From NCBI GenBank assembly GCA_963693365.1, contig CAVNZM010000006.1, positions 5,063,264-5,127,263 on the forward strand: 64,000 nt of DNA, given 5' to 3'. The DNA is from Amoebidium appalachense. Taxonomy: Eukaryota > Protista > Ichthyosporea. The first letter of the stretch is position 1. The number at the start of each line of letters is the position of its first letter. The translations under genes were made by a program, and so were the position numbers. Shown piece by piece: positions 29,927 through 51,439 of the stretch. A model generated the notes under the pieces. That model saw only the letters and a list, made by a program, of their open reading frames with translations. It was not told the origin of the DNA and searched no databases.

Positions 29927-31008
29927 ATGTATGGAATTGAAAACAGACCGGCTGTTTGACAACCTTTGAGCCGTTGTTTGTAGTATGTTGGTTGTGGGTG
30001 ATGCTGGGCCATATGTTATAATAGATGTAGTGCTCGTACCCACTACAAGCTACCCTGCACAGCGTGCACCACATCCTCGAGTCAGAAGAACAGCTCAAGA
30101 CCCAACACACGACGGCGTGTGCAATATATCATTTTAATTATTTGCTTGACGAAGATAATTTGCAAGGGTCGTTTGGCTCGCAAAATAACTGTAAAAGTAG
30201 CATGCGAGCGGAAGTAGCATGCGAGCTCTTCCACATCAGTGACAGCATCCCTCCTGCCGAGAACTATAAAGTTGCAAAGTTTTTGTTCCCAATGTGCACA
30301 TTGACTGGAGTGCCCCGTTTTCCGGACGTCCAACATAGCAAGTTGAGCTGTCTTGGAATCCACGTACCTTGAAAAGCGTTTACAGGTGTTGTCCAAACTG
30401 GCAACTTGCGCTCTAGAAGTATTTTAAGAAATGTTCCCATTACATAGCATGTGTAAATTGTAACCGTGCCGGCCAGGGTCCCACTTGATTCCCTCCGGGA
30501 CTGTTTGGATATCGCAGACACAGAGCGAACAGGTGCAACCGTGCCGTGGTCTGTTTTCAATTGTTACAGCAAGGTTTTTGCATACAGGAAAATGTGAAAA
30601 AGTAGTGTCTGGGCAGGCAGAAACACAGCGAAAATAACAGAGATCAAAGTCGGCTGCCAATGAACTTCAAACATCCAGGTAAGCTTATGTCCAAGCACCA
30701 TAAACCATCACCCTTTCCAAATAAGAAAGGGGCAAAAGGGATTCGCTGCAAAACCTGTTGTGATAGTTACAGATGTACATACATTCTATTCGCGCGTCAT
30801 GTGAGTGCATTTGTACTTCGCCCGTCATGCGGCTGATCGTCGTAGAATCTAGCATAATAAAGTAGCTATATCATAACAACAACAGGACAGGCGTACCAGC
30901 GCACATGGCACAGAGCTGTGCCCCAACTCCCACCTCAATGATTCTTGGCAACCAGGCTCTTCTTCGAATTCCATTTTTGCCAAGTCCGTGGTGCCCATAC
31001 CTAGCGCT

Positions 31009-31092
31009 ATGGAGAGACGCTACCACCTACTGAGGTGGTGCCTCATTTTCATGGAGAGACGCTACCACCTACTGAGGTGGTGCCTCATTTTC
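31009..31092. repeat. Perfect 2 x 42-bp tandem duplication with internal hairpin
   Basis: Unit ATGGAGAGACGCTACCACCTACTGAGGTGGTGCCTCATTTTC; stem ACCACCT/AGGTGGT with a 4-nt loop. Confidence 0.9.
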
Positions 31093-32069
31093 CTTCCTAC
31101 CTCAGCAGAAATGTCTCGCTAGTAGTGACAATGCGTATCTGTGTACGCGAAGTGACTGCTGCGAAGAAGGAAGGCTGCCAAGAAAAAAGACTGCGGGGCG
31201 AAGTACGCATACTGGGTGTCTGGGAGTCGACCGTTTTTACTGAGCGGCCGCGGTTCCCGATTCCCGAATTTCGAAAAGTTGTATATCTGAGTATTTCTGG
31301 CATACACTACGTCTTATAATTAATTTACATACATATAGGAGAACTTTCTCGAAATAAATATATCTTTGGACCTCCTTGATAATATTTATAACAAATATAT
31401 AGAAGTAGTATTAAAGATGTCTTATAAACAATGCCACAGCCCATAGACAATAGATCACTGTGAACGAAGCTCGAGATATACCAAGCCTTATTATATCGAA
31501 GAATCGACGAAGATCATTTTCATGTTATAACTGTTCAGGCAATGCAATTAAGCCTGTGCCAGAATGCATAATATGAAGTAGTCAAGCATCGACAGCATGT
31601 ATACGTCTGGCACATAAAATCTGATTTTTTCGAAAAATTGAAAACTTAGAAACACGTTACCTGTTATCATTGGGATGATCTGAATATAGGCTATGTAGAG
31701 TTCTATCATAGAACTTCTACGTTGCCCACGTTTCAGAATTCTTCCCATCATCTGATTCTAGGGAGATGGTGACCAGATGCGTTTTAAAGCACGTGATAAC
31801 TAGCTAATCGTAGAGCCCACCATCAACAACCAAATCTCTTGGGTTGGCAAGGGAACAGGCACGAAAGTCATGAGTGAATTGGGCAGTCTGAAGCTTTGAA
31901 ATTTTACTCCAGAAGATAATTTGATTGCCTTATGCAACTATTTTGGCTTTTGTTGAGTGAATTAAAAAAATATCTGTACTATAATATATTCGACTCATGG
32001 ACCCAGCCCATAATTGGGCTGTGAATTACAAAACTATGCAACCGTCCTCTGCGCGCGGGGTCATGTGGG

Positions 32070-32555
32070 TGCATGCAACCAATCATAGGCCACTTACCCT
32101 GCTTTTTTTTCAATCGCCAGCTGACAAAGGCTCAGAGGGGGGCAAACGAATGCATGTCCCGACTCCCGACGGACTACTGTGATCAGTGTGATGGGTTTAT
32201 TAGCAACAGATTCTTCGCTTATTTCTTAACTGAGGTTTAAAACTTATAGAAATATTTTTAATAATCCGTAATGTCTCTATTCCATCAACAACTTGTGACT
32301 TCAATACCTAGCCTTTACGCTAAGATTTGGTGCATATTGCACTGCATAAGACAGACTAGAGCAAAACAAATGCACATGTGCGATGGTGGGCACGCAGGTA
32401 TTTCGTGGCCAATCCCGATTGGACGTAGGTTTGTAGCTCGTACACGTAGTTGCCCATGTGGCTGTTGACAGGAATGCTGTAAAGGGTCATATCGCACTGT
32501 GATTGGTTAACAACCACACACAAGTATGACCGCGTAGCCTTGTCCATTGGTCGCG
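32070..32555. promoter_or_regulatory. CCAAT-box cluster upstream of the bHLH-ZIP gene
   Basis: CCAAT/ATTGG at about 32079, 32409, 32418, 32502 and 32546, in a tract-free region 0.8-1.2 kb upstream of the ATG. Confidence 0.4.
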
Positions 32556-33312
32556 CACAACTCCTTTCGTAAATATATCTCACATTAAATGGGAAAGTGT
32601 TGTGATGTTGATACACTGGAATTGCAGCAATTTGCTACCCCTGTTGTTTTTATCAAGAATTCTAAGTAACGCATGTTTATTTATTCAATTAATGTATCTT
32701 TATATTTAAAATGATTATATACATCTTCTCTGAAAAAAATTAGGGGCTCAAACCTGCATAGAACTTCGCTTTAATAAAAAGAAAATGTTATGTAAATTGA
32801 TCCATATCTAAGAAAATATTGCTATCCGGGACTTTGTACGCTGAAATGGCCTGTCGGCGTCATTTGACTTCCGCTTGATGCATGCATGTGGCACTGTTTG
32901 AAAGGGAACAGAGAGAAAGCATAGTCATTGATTTCTGCCCGCTAAGTCCGATGTTTTCCTGTTAGTTAGGTAGCTTATGTAGTCATAAGTCCAGGAGAAT
33001 TACAAGGTTTTTTTTACAAAGCATTTACTTCTCTAGGCGAGACTGGTAGGAAAATTGAACTCTTACCGAAACAAAAGTGACGGCGGTTTTGTTTTCAAGT
33101 GACAGGTCTATGACTTCGTGGTTTTTCTTAGTTTTTTTTTATTCCCCTTCAAAAGGAACTGTTGAACGGGAAAATGAGTGCTCTGGTTTATTAATAGCTC
33201 GTACGCTTTTTCTTTTTTAGTAGCATCAAACATAGTATAAAACTCATTTTCCACTTTTTTGGTGCCCCGACATTTTTTCGTTTTGTGGGTTCGAGCGTTT
33301 TATCTTTGTACT

Positions 33313-35112
33313 ATGTCTTTCGCAGCCCAACCACAGGGCTATGCCGACCCAGGCGCACCACAAAACATACCTCACAGACCATGGATGACGGCAACATCCT
33401 CCGAACAAATCCAACAATCAGCACAACATGGATACCCGAACACCCAAACACAGCAGCCAGTTTGGGGCTCACAAACACAGCCCACCTACGAGTATACACA
33501 GGCACAACAACAACCCACCGCAGTCGTTTCTCGTTCCTATTCCTCGCAACCCATTCCTATCCGCCCAGCAGGTGGCGATGCCATGGTGGTAGATGAACCC
33601 GTGACTAAGGATTACTACAACGGCACCGCACAGGGGTTTCCTGCTAGCTACCAACCAAGCAGCTCTTTTCAATCATCAAGCTATCAATCACAACCCGTGC
33701 AGTACACACGCGCACCCGAACAGCCCATGGCATATGGGGCGTCCTATTCTCATCCCATCCCCACACAGCAACCCCCCCAGTCATATCAGCAGCCCGCAAC
33801 CATACCTGTGGGTAGCTGGACCCCTCAACCCGTCCCCCCACCCGGCAGTTACCACGAAAATTTAAGGCGCGCATCCGTCGTTAGTGCGCCTTATGAACCA
33901 CAGCAAGCACCACCACCAGTAACGTATGTATACCCACAAACGAACGGCCAAGCTGGGCCCATTCCTATTGCGCCGCATTCGCAGGCCGCCCCACCTCCCC
34001 CACCACAGGTGTCAGCGAGCTACCAGCAACGGCACGAATACCCGTTAACCCCCGGTGCACACCAGTCGGAACCTGTGCCTGTTCCGGTCGGGTCATTCCG
34101 CGGGCCGGAATCCTATCATAATCAGAGCTCAATCCCTTCAACCGGTTCGGTGGTGTATGCGTCCAGTTACAAAACGGAGCACGGGCTTTCGACGTATTCT
34201 TCCACGCACGTGCCAAATGCTGTACCCAGCCAGCCCATGAATTATACAACTGTTTGCAGTCCCATGCCACAGCCAAAAATAGGTTTTGAGCCGGTTGCAG
34301 TTGCCCCTGCCCCCCCTGCCCCTTATCAGCAGCCTGTGGTGGCGGCGCCGCAATCTGAACCCATTGCGATACCCCAAAGCCGATCATCCATAGCACATTC
34401 CTTTGACGGCCGGCGGCAATCGGCTCAATACGAGGTTTACCCGCAGCCTTACGGGCAGGCGTTTACACCGGCGGAGGGCAGCTATCAATACGTAAACGGT
34501 AGCTACCAACAACAGCAACCACCGCAGATGATTGCGCCACACGGATTCCCCGGTCAGCCTACGGTTGTATATCCCACACCGCCGCATTCACAATCGCCCA
34601 TGCCAAAGCAGCGCCCAAGCATGGGTCATGGGCATTCGCCCCCTATAACGTTTGCCGAACACCCAGCAGGTATGCACATGATGTCCTCGTCGTACATGCC
34701 ACAGAATTCTATGCCTGGGTATTATGGAATGGACCCCGAATTGGCGCGCCTTTCGACGTCGGCACCGAGCCCGTATCCGGGAATGAGCGCGGCGGAATCC
34801 GCACTGCTTAGGCGGAGGGAAATGCACAATTTGCTGGAACGAAAGCGTCGGAGCGGGTTGAAGGAATGCTTCCAAGGATTGGCGGAGATTCTTCCGGACC
34901 TCGAAAAGGATGATGGAACGGGGGCCGGACCTGCAAAGGTGACAGTTTTGCAGTTGGCGGTTAAGCGAATCCGAGATTTGAAGGATGATTTGGAGAAGGG
35001 ACAGGAGGTTTTGGTGCAGGTGAGGGCGGATAATACGATGCTGAGGCAGAGGCTTGCAGAACTGCAGCAGCAGAATCAGAAGGGTGATGGGCAGGTGATG
35101 ATGGAGGCGTGA
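33313..35112 (+). CDS. Myc/Mxd/Mnt-family bHLH-leucine-zipper transcription factor, single coding exon, 599 aa
   Basis: Uninterrupted ORF from the first ATG at 33313. P/Q/S/Y-rich N-terminus. C-terminal RRREMHNLLERKRRSGLKECFQGLAEILP..AKVTVLQLAVKRIRDL..LRQRLAELQ carries the E-box-binding H-x3-E-x3-R signature and a zipper. Confidence 0.9.
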   Translation: MSFAAQPQGYADPGAPQNIPHRPWMTATSSEQIQQSAQHGYPNTQTQQPVWGSQTQPTYEYTQAQQQPTAVVSRSYSSQPIPIRPAGGDAMVVDEPVTKDYYNGTAQGFPASYQPSSSFQSSSYQSQPVQYTRAPEQPMAYGASYSHPIPTQQPPQSYQQPATIPVGSWTPQPVPPPGSYHENLRRASVVSAPYEPQQAPPPVTYVYPQTNGQAGPIPIAPHSQAAPPPPPQVSASYQQRHEYPLTPGAHQSEPVPVPVGSFRGPESYHNQSSIPSTGSVVYASSYKTEHGLSTYSSTHVPNAVPSQPMNYTTVCSPMPQPKIGFEPVAVAPAPPAPYQQPVVAAPQSEPIAIPQSRSSIAHSFDGRRQSAQYEVYPQPYGQAFTPAEGSYQYVNGSYQQQQPPQMIAPHGFPGQPTVVYPTPPHSQSPMPKQRPSMGHGHSPPITFAEHPAGMHMMSSSYMPQNSMPGYYGMDPELARLSTSAPSPYPGMSAAESALLRRREMHNLLERKRRSGLKECFQGLAEILPDLEKDDGTGAGPAKVTVLQLAVKRIRDLKDDLEKGQEVLVQVRADNTMLRQRLAELQQQNQKGDGQVMMEA

Positions 35113-35215
35113 TGGACTTGGATGGTGAATGGATGTTGTGATCGTGTGTGTGTGTTTTTTTGCTTGTGTGTGTGTGTGTATGTTTTTCTGTTCTTTTCTT
35201 TCTTTCTTCGCTTTG

Positions 35216-35283
<68 letters not shown>

Positions 35284-36173
35284 GTTGAAGTCATACCAAG
35301 CTCTCCGGTTTTAGATTGTCGATTGTTGGAAACCATTTTGGCTGTTTCCCCTTCTGTTGTTTTTGTGTGGAATTTTTATTGGGGCGGGGGGGGGGGGGGA
35401 CTCTTTGGGGGGGGGTCGTGTCTGATGTTTTAGCCCTTTTACGATTGCGTATTTGCAACTCCAACACACATGACACACATCTGAACCTACATACGCAATC
35501 TTTTTCGCTCTTGAATATGCCACACGCACGCGCACACGCGTATCATGGGTTTCTCCACGTTTAGTAGCCGGGGGAATCCACTTCATATTATGTGCACAAA
35601 GTTGCAGGAATAGCCTATGCGTATGTCGTATCATGCAACCACGGACACAAATAGACAGCACAACACAAATTACTACGGCCATGCTGTCCCCTTTTTAGGA
35701 ATCTGTGAGGTTTTTGTAAAGTGTGCAGTTGGTGTTTTTTATTTATCTTCCTTCTTTTTTTTTTTTTTTTGGACGCTGAATAAGGATAATGCTCTAAGAC
35801 GGGAAGGGTGTATGTGTACCGATAGATGATTGGTCGTTTCATGTAACTTACGTAAGCCACTATCGTACTAATTAGGTAGTTCGATGATTGCTCCTATGCT
35901 TAGTTTGGTATGAATCGAAGTGGGGGTTTTCTCTCGCAAATTGCAAATTTGCATGCAGAAAACAGAAAACCCGAGAACTTGAAGTAAAAACAGTACCCCG
36001 GTAAGGGTGGCTGTGAAACAATAGTAGCAAACCAAATCTGTATGTTTTGATCTAGGGAATGCGTGGGGTAGTGGTACACAGACATGGAAATATGCCCGGC
36101 AATGTTTGTTGGGGCAACATTCAGAAATGGACATGGGATGTTTCTATGTGCGAGAATAATAACGGCCAATACT

Positions 36174-36210
<37 letters not shown>

Positions 36211-37434
36211 CCCTCCTTCTCCCTACCCAATCACCACCACCACGGGTTTCGTCTGGTGGTTTTATTTTGGTGACGTTTTGCGTTTTTGCATTTTGATAAT
36301 TCCAACCCTCCGTTGCAAAAATCTTCCCTCCTCTCCCCCCGCCCACCCCTCATCCCGCCCAACCCTCCACACATACATCTGAAAACACACATGCTCGCAC
36401 ATGCAAAGAACACACGCAAACACGTACAGTGCTACAGTCAAAACACACGCCCCACACACATGCGCACATGCACACGAACACGTACCACCATCACACATAA
36501 ACACACACGGACAGACAAGCGCTAGCGCACACACCGACACACGTCGCAGCGTCACACAAAAACAAAAGGCTATCAAAAAACAATAAAATTAAAATATGTA
36601 CACCGTGGCATCTCTAGTACTATATGTAGGGGATCGTTGCACTTCAAGTTTATTGCCCGCTCCGTCCGGCCAATCCAGAAACACAACATGCGCCCCATGA
36701 GGGGGGGAGGGGGGGGGGGGGGGGGGAGACTGCGGGCTCCTTTGGGGGGGGGGGGGGGGGGGGGGGGGTCCATGCTTATTCCGTCTGTTCGAATTCTTCT
36801 TGAAACATTGGGTAAGAACTCTTGGACATATTTGGCGAACGTTTTTCGTCTTTTTTTTAAATGGTTATCTCCAGCAGAACTCTTATAAAATATTTAAAAA
36901 TGCAGTTACATGTTATCTAGGTATTGACACTTGAATATACATGTATTTGCCTACGAGATAATCGTCTTTCATTGCTACAGTATTGCGGCTCCCTAACCAC
37001 CTCCGTACCATCTATGTAAATCAGCTACACCCTTATACCAATATGGCATCAAAAAATGCGGGGAAAAAAAAAAAAAAAGTCAAAAGTAACATGGCATAGT
37101 GAGTACCGTTTTTTAGGAAAACGACATCAGACTACCGTACAATCTGATATCATTCCGTGTATATCTACGCAGTGGCATTAATATTTTTCAGTACTATGTA
37201 CACAGCCCATTGGGGAATACATGAAGTCAAAACTTTCAAAGAAAAGCATTGAAGAATAGAATTCTTTCACATAATTATTCACACGGAGTGTTTGCGTGAC
37301 CACTTCACACCTTTTTTCAGAAAGGTTTATCTGACCAATGCACAGAATTAACATGCGGATTGACATCGAGGTGGGAAACGAGAAAATAATAATCGCTTCT
37401 GTTTTTTGTTCTTGTTTGGTTCCCCTCATTCCCC

Positions 37435-37467
<33 letters not shown>

Positions 37468-37867
37468 CCGCAACGCGGGGGGGGGGGGGGGGGGGGGGGG
37501 GGGGTATACCTATATTCGTGCTTGTGTAAGAAAGAACACGTGGGTTTTGTGTGCCGACAAAAGTAAACCTAAAATCCCTCACGGGAGGGGGGTGGGGGAA
37601 GGAACGGAAAGTAGGTGCAAAATGTTCAACTGAGTCTGGTTTCGAGAAATCCGGGAAGTTTGGTCGGAAAACCGCATGGAAACCTCTCCCACATGCCTAA
37701 AACATCAATATTCCAAGGGAAAAAAGACGGAAAGAAACATCGCATTATGATGAACCCCATCACTGATCTTCACCTGTCCATCCGTGCAAAATATCCATCT
37801 CCTTTGGGCGCAAAACCACCGTTTCCTCCGACAAATTACTTCCCAGTAAACCGTCCAAATTAGGCTA

Positions 37868-46986
<9,119 letters not shown>

Positions 46987-47149
46987 TTTGCGCGTTCTTG
47001 GCGCACAAAAATGCACCAAAATAGGACGTCTCCCTTCAGAAATAAATGTGTGTGTGTGTGTGTAGGTGTGCACAACCGAAACTGTGTGGTAAACGGGAAC
47101 ACGCCCTCTGTTGAAACACACGAACTCCGCACACGGAACTGTTTTTTGG

Positions 47150-47480
47150 GATAGCCAATCACCAAAATGATGCATGTGTTTGATTGGTTCCTGCACCATG
47201 AAACTTAAGGTCTTAGATACTTTTAATGGAGTTGATTGGTCAGTAATTTGGATGCTTCTTGGATTTGATTGGTTACTTATAAATCCCGGTCAGAGGGGAT
47301 GGTACCTTCGTCTCTTGTAAACCTCCAGTAAGCACGGATATTCCATAAGCTCTCTTTTTATTACATCAAAAATTAATTTCTATATGAAAAATGAAAGAAG
47401 GTAGTAACCTTTTCATGGCTATCAGGCAGTTTCTAATAAGGCAGATGGGGGGCTTTACGGCACACAGCACAGCCAATCAG
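47150..47480. promoter_or_regulatory. CCAAT-box cluster upstream of the GT61-like gene
   Basis: AGCCAATCA or TGATTGG at about 47154, 47181, 47233, 47267 and 47471, 170-490 bp upstream of the ATG. Confidence 0.5.
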
Positions 47481-47881
47481 CGAAAGGGAACCATCAGTCT
47501 CGGGAGAATTTTAGAAAGCGCCAAAATAATGGGGTTCCTAATAAATTACTGCTTATAGTCTAAATGTTTGTTTTACAAACAACCTTAAATATAGTACAAT
47601 TATCACAGCTTAAAACGGCATAAATACTCAAAAATCATATTATGTATTTTTTCTTTCTACTATTCAATAAAATAAATGGTAAATAGGGACAGCTATACAG
47701 TACAATATTTTGTCTAACCTCGCAAATTCGCAAATGGAACATGATCCGATGGCGATCATTCCTGAGCAGAAAATCTGATGCCAGTTGAAGGAGTGGGCAG
47801 AAGCAGGATGGAAGCGAGGAGTGTGTTTGCGATACCGGAGTTGAGCAACTCTCGTCCATTTATCCATCCCCTCCTTCTCCT

Positions 47882-47912
<31 letters not shown>

Positions 47913-47946
47913 CGTCCACCGCACACACACACACAAACACACGTAT

Positions 47947-47995
<49 letters not shown>

Positions 47996-48194
47996 TACAG
48001 ACACACACACACGCACACACACACACACACACTTACACAGACACACATATATACACAGAGAAACACACGCACACACACACACCACGTGTACACACACACA
48101 CACACACACATACACAAACACCCCATGGCATATGGGGTGTTTGTGTATGCACACACACGCGCACGGCACACGCACACACACGCGCGCGCGCGTG

Positions 48195-48342
<148 letters not shown>

Positions 48343-48410
48343 ATGGCATGCACGCACACACACTCACTGCATACACACACGCACACACACAAACACACAC
48401 TCGCGCGCGC

Positions 48411-48478
<68 letters not shown>

Positions 48479-48589
48479 TCAACCCCCCCCCCCCCCCCTC
48501 TTCCCCCTACCTCCACCACCAACATCAGCTCACCCCCCACCCCTCACCAACCACCACCACCGACACCACCACCAACACCCCCTCTCTCC

Positions 48590-48639
<50 letters not shown>

Positions 48640-48990
48640 ACCTCCCCCCCCCTCCCCGCGTCCCCCCCCACACACACATACCACCACCACCACGGGGACA
48701 ATGGTGACGACTTCATGTACTTGCACTCAGACACGTACAAGCTTTCGAGGGAGCTATCCGTGACATTAGGTTCTTCATGGGCAGAAACACGATGAGCCGT
48801 GCTGTGTGCGTGGAATAAACTGCTGCAACAACTGAAGTTTGGCAACATGATATTACTTCTATGTAAATGGTCTCAGACTGTTTCTTTGAGACTTTTTTAA
48901 TGATGCGGTGTGCAGCAGCTCGATTACGAAGTTCAGCATCAAGTCGTGAATTCGTTACAGTAACTGGACAGCCCATTCTTCCCTCCCCCC

Positions 48991-49039
<49 letters not shown>

Positions 49040-49803
49040 TTGGGGGGGGGGGGGGGGGGGAGGGGGAGGAGGGGAGGAGGGGGGATTCTTCCCCCCTCCC
49101 CGCTTCAACCACCTATGCATAGTAATTTTACGTAACCGCAAATCGCACCGGTTGTACATGTTTCCAAGGTCAGTGATATGGTTACAACCTAATTCTAGTG
49201 GGGCTGATTGACTGTAGAGAAGAAAGTAGAGGTATATAGACGAACTTCCAGAGCTATGTATGATTCAAGGTGCTAAACCTATGTAATGAATCATCACTTG
49301 TAATCTAATTTATGTGCATTGAACGTGCTGGATAAAAAGCGAACTATATGATATGTACGTGCATATGCCAGGCGAAGTGACTGGTAAATAAACATTAGCC
49401 AAACCGGATATCTTTCTAACTTTCCTTCTAATATTCCTGCCAATGCTGTAACCGTTTCCAAACATGCCACTTTGAGCAATAATAGAATATGGACGACGTG
49501 TGAATGGAATGTATGAAGGCATCCATTACAGGTGATGATCATGCTTTTGGAGTACACTTGCTTTTGCATGGTAGAAAACTATAATTTATTGTATTAAAAA
49601 TAATGAGCCATGCGCTGGACACAGCCAGCCCTGCTCGGTCACAAATGCTGATATGTTCACTTCTTCTCCATGCACCTACATCGTATTGTTACGGTAGATC
49701 GAATGGTTTTACCAAATCAAATATGTGGAACATCCAACCAACCCAACTCTCTCATTTACAACAGCAAGCATCACATATTTGAAGCCCCAGAATAAAAGCT
49801 CGA

Positions 49804-49841
<38 letters not shown>

Positions 49842-49991
49842 ACCCCACCCCCATGGCCACCCCACCCACCCACCCACCCACCATCTACCAGGCTCCCTTC
49901 CATTTCCCTCCATATCCACCTCTCTCGTTCTTTCTCTTCTAGACACCCCCTCCCCCCCCCTCCCCCCCCCCCTCCCCCTCCCCCCGCCCCA

Positions 49992-50023
<32 letters not shown>

Positions 50024-50461
50024 GAATAGACAAAAGCAAAAAAAGAGAAGGAAGAAAGAAAAACGAGAGAAATAGATTTATAAAACAAACAAATAAATAG
50101 ATACATAAGAAAGAAAAAAAGAAAGAAAAAAAGAAAGAAAGAAATAAAGAAAGAAAGAAAGGTAAAGGGAAAGGGAAACGAAAGGTGATTGAAAATAGTA
50201 AAGAAAACACAGCTATCAAAACCTAGATTCCAGTCTTTTACGTAAGTCAAGCCTGCAGGAGCCATGATGTATTCCCTTTGAAACCGGATATATAAACAGC
50301 ACACAAATATAGCCTGGGAAAGAAAAAAGAAAAAGAAAACAAACTGGAGTAAACGTAGGTGTCCAGGTCCAGAACTGGTCATCATGCCCCACACGGCGGC
50401 GCACTCCGTCGAGAAATCACTCCGAGTCTGTATGTGTGTGTGTGTGTGCGTGTGTGTGCGC

Positions 50462-50536
<75 letters not shown>

Positions 50537-50551
50537 CGTGCGTGCGTGTGT

Positions 50552-50595
<44 letters not shown>

Positions 50596-50891
50596 TTATG
50601 TCTATGTTTGTGTTTTCGTCTTGTTTACGGGAGTCTGTATGGTGTGTATATAACAGTGTGGGTGTGGGTGGGTGGATGTGTCTGAGTGAAAGGGTTAGCG
50701 AGTGTGGGTGAATAAGCCACGAGGGGGGGAGGGAGGAGAGGGGGGAGGGGGAGGGGGGGGGTTGAATCACCGTGTGCAAAGTGCTTGGTGTTACATGAGG
50801 ACATGTTTGTGTTCATGCTGTTGTTGTGTGAGGAGGGGAATTTGAGGTCATAGGGGGTTTTTTTTTTGTTTTTTTTTTGTTTGTTTTTTTT

Positions 50892-50922
<31 letters not shown>

Positions 50923-51135
50923 GGGATAGCCAGAAAAAGGGGGTGGAGGGGATGGGAAACATTAGGAAGCAGGTCATAGCCTGGTGGACATGTCGGGATG
51001 AATTGGGGTAGGCGGAAGAAGCTAAAGAGGGGTGTGCTTGTATCTTTCCATGAGCCGCAGTTAATGCGAATTGTGCCCACATGCGGATGTGTTCCGTGTG
51101 TGCATGTGCTTGTGTGTGTGTGTGTGTGTGTGTGT

Positions 51136-51173
<38 letters not shown>

Positions 51174-51439
51174 ACATGTGTGTGCATGTGTGTGCGCCTG
51201 TGTGTGTGTGAGATGTGCGTGCATGTGTGTGTGCACGCGCGCACGTGCTTGCGTGCGTGTCCATGTGCATGTGTGTTTGTGTGTGTGTGCGCGCGCGCGT
51301 GTGTGCGACCGTGCGTCCGTGTGTGTGTACGCGAATGTGTGTGTGCGTGCGTGTCCACACGTGTACATTCGCCGTGACTGTGTGAATCATAAGGGTGTGC
51401 GGACAGAGTAATACCTTAGTTTGCAACGTGCTGCACAAA

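Noticed and set aside
31009-31092. CRISPR-like hairpin repeat
   Set aside because: Only two abutting units, no spacers, no cas genes, eukaryotic context.
31790-31795. CACGTG E-box as an autoregulatory site of the bHLH-ZIP gene
   Set aside because: CACGTG is very common in this window at CA/TG junctions, so one site is uninformative.
33259-33312. Upstream extension of the 617-aa ORF
   Set aside because: Non-ATG start in T-rich leader sequence; the first ATG is at 33313.
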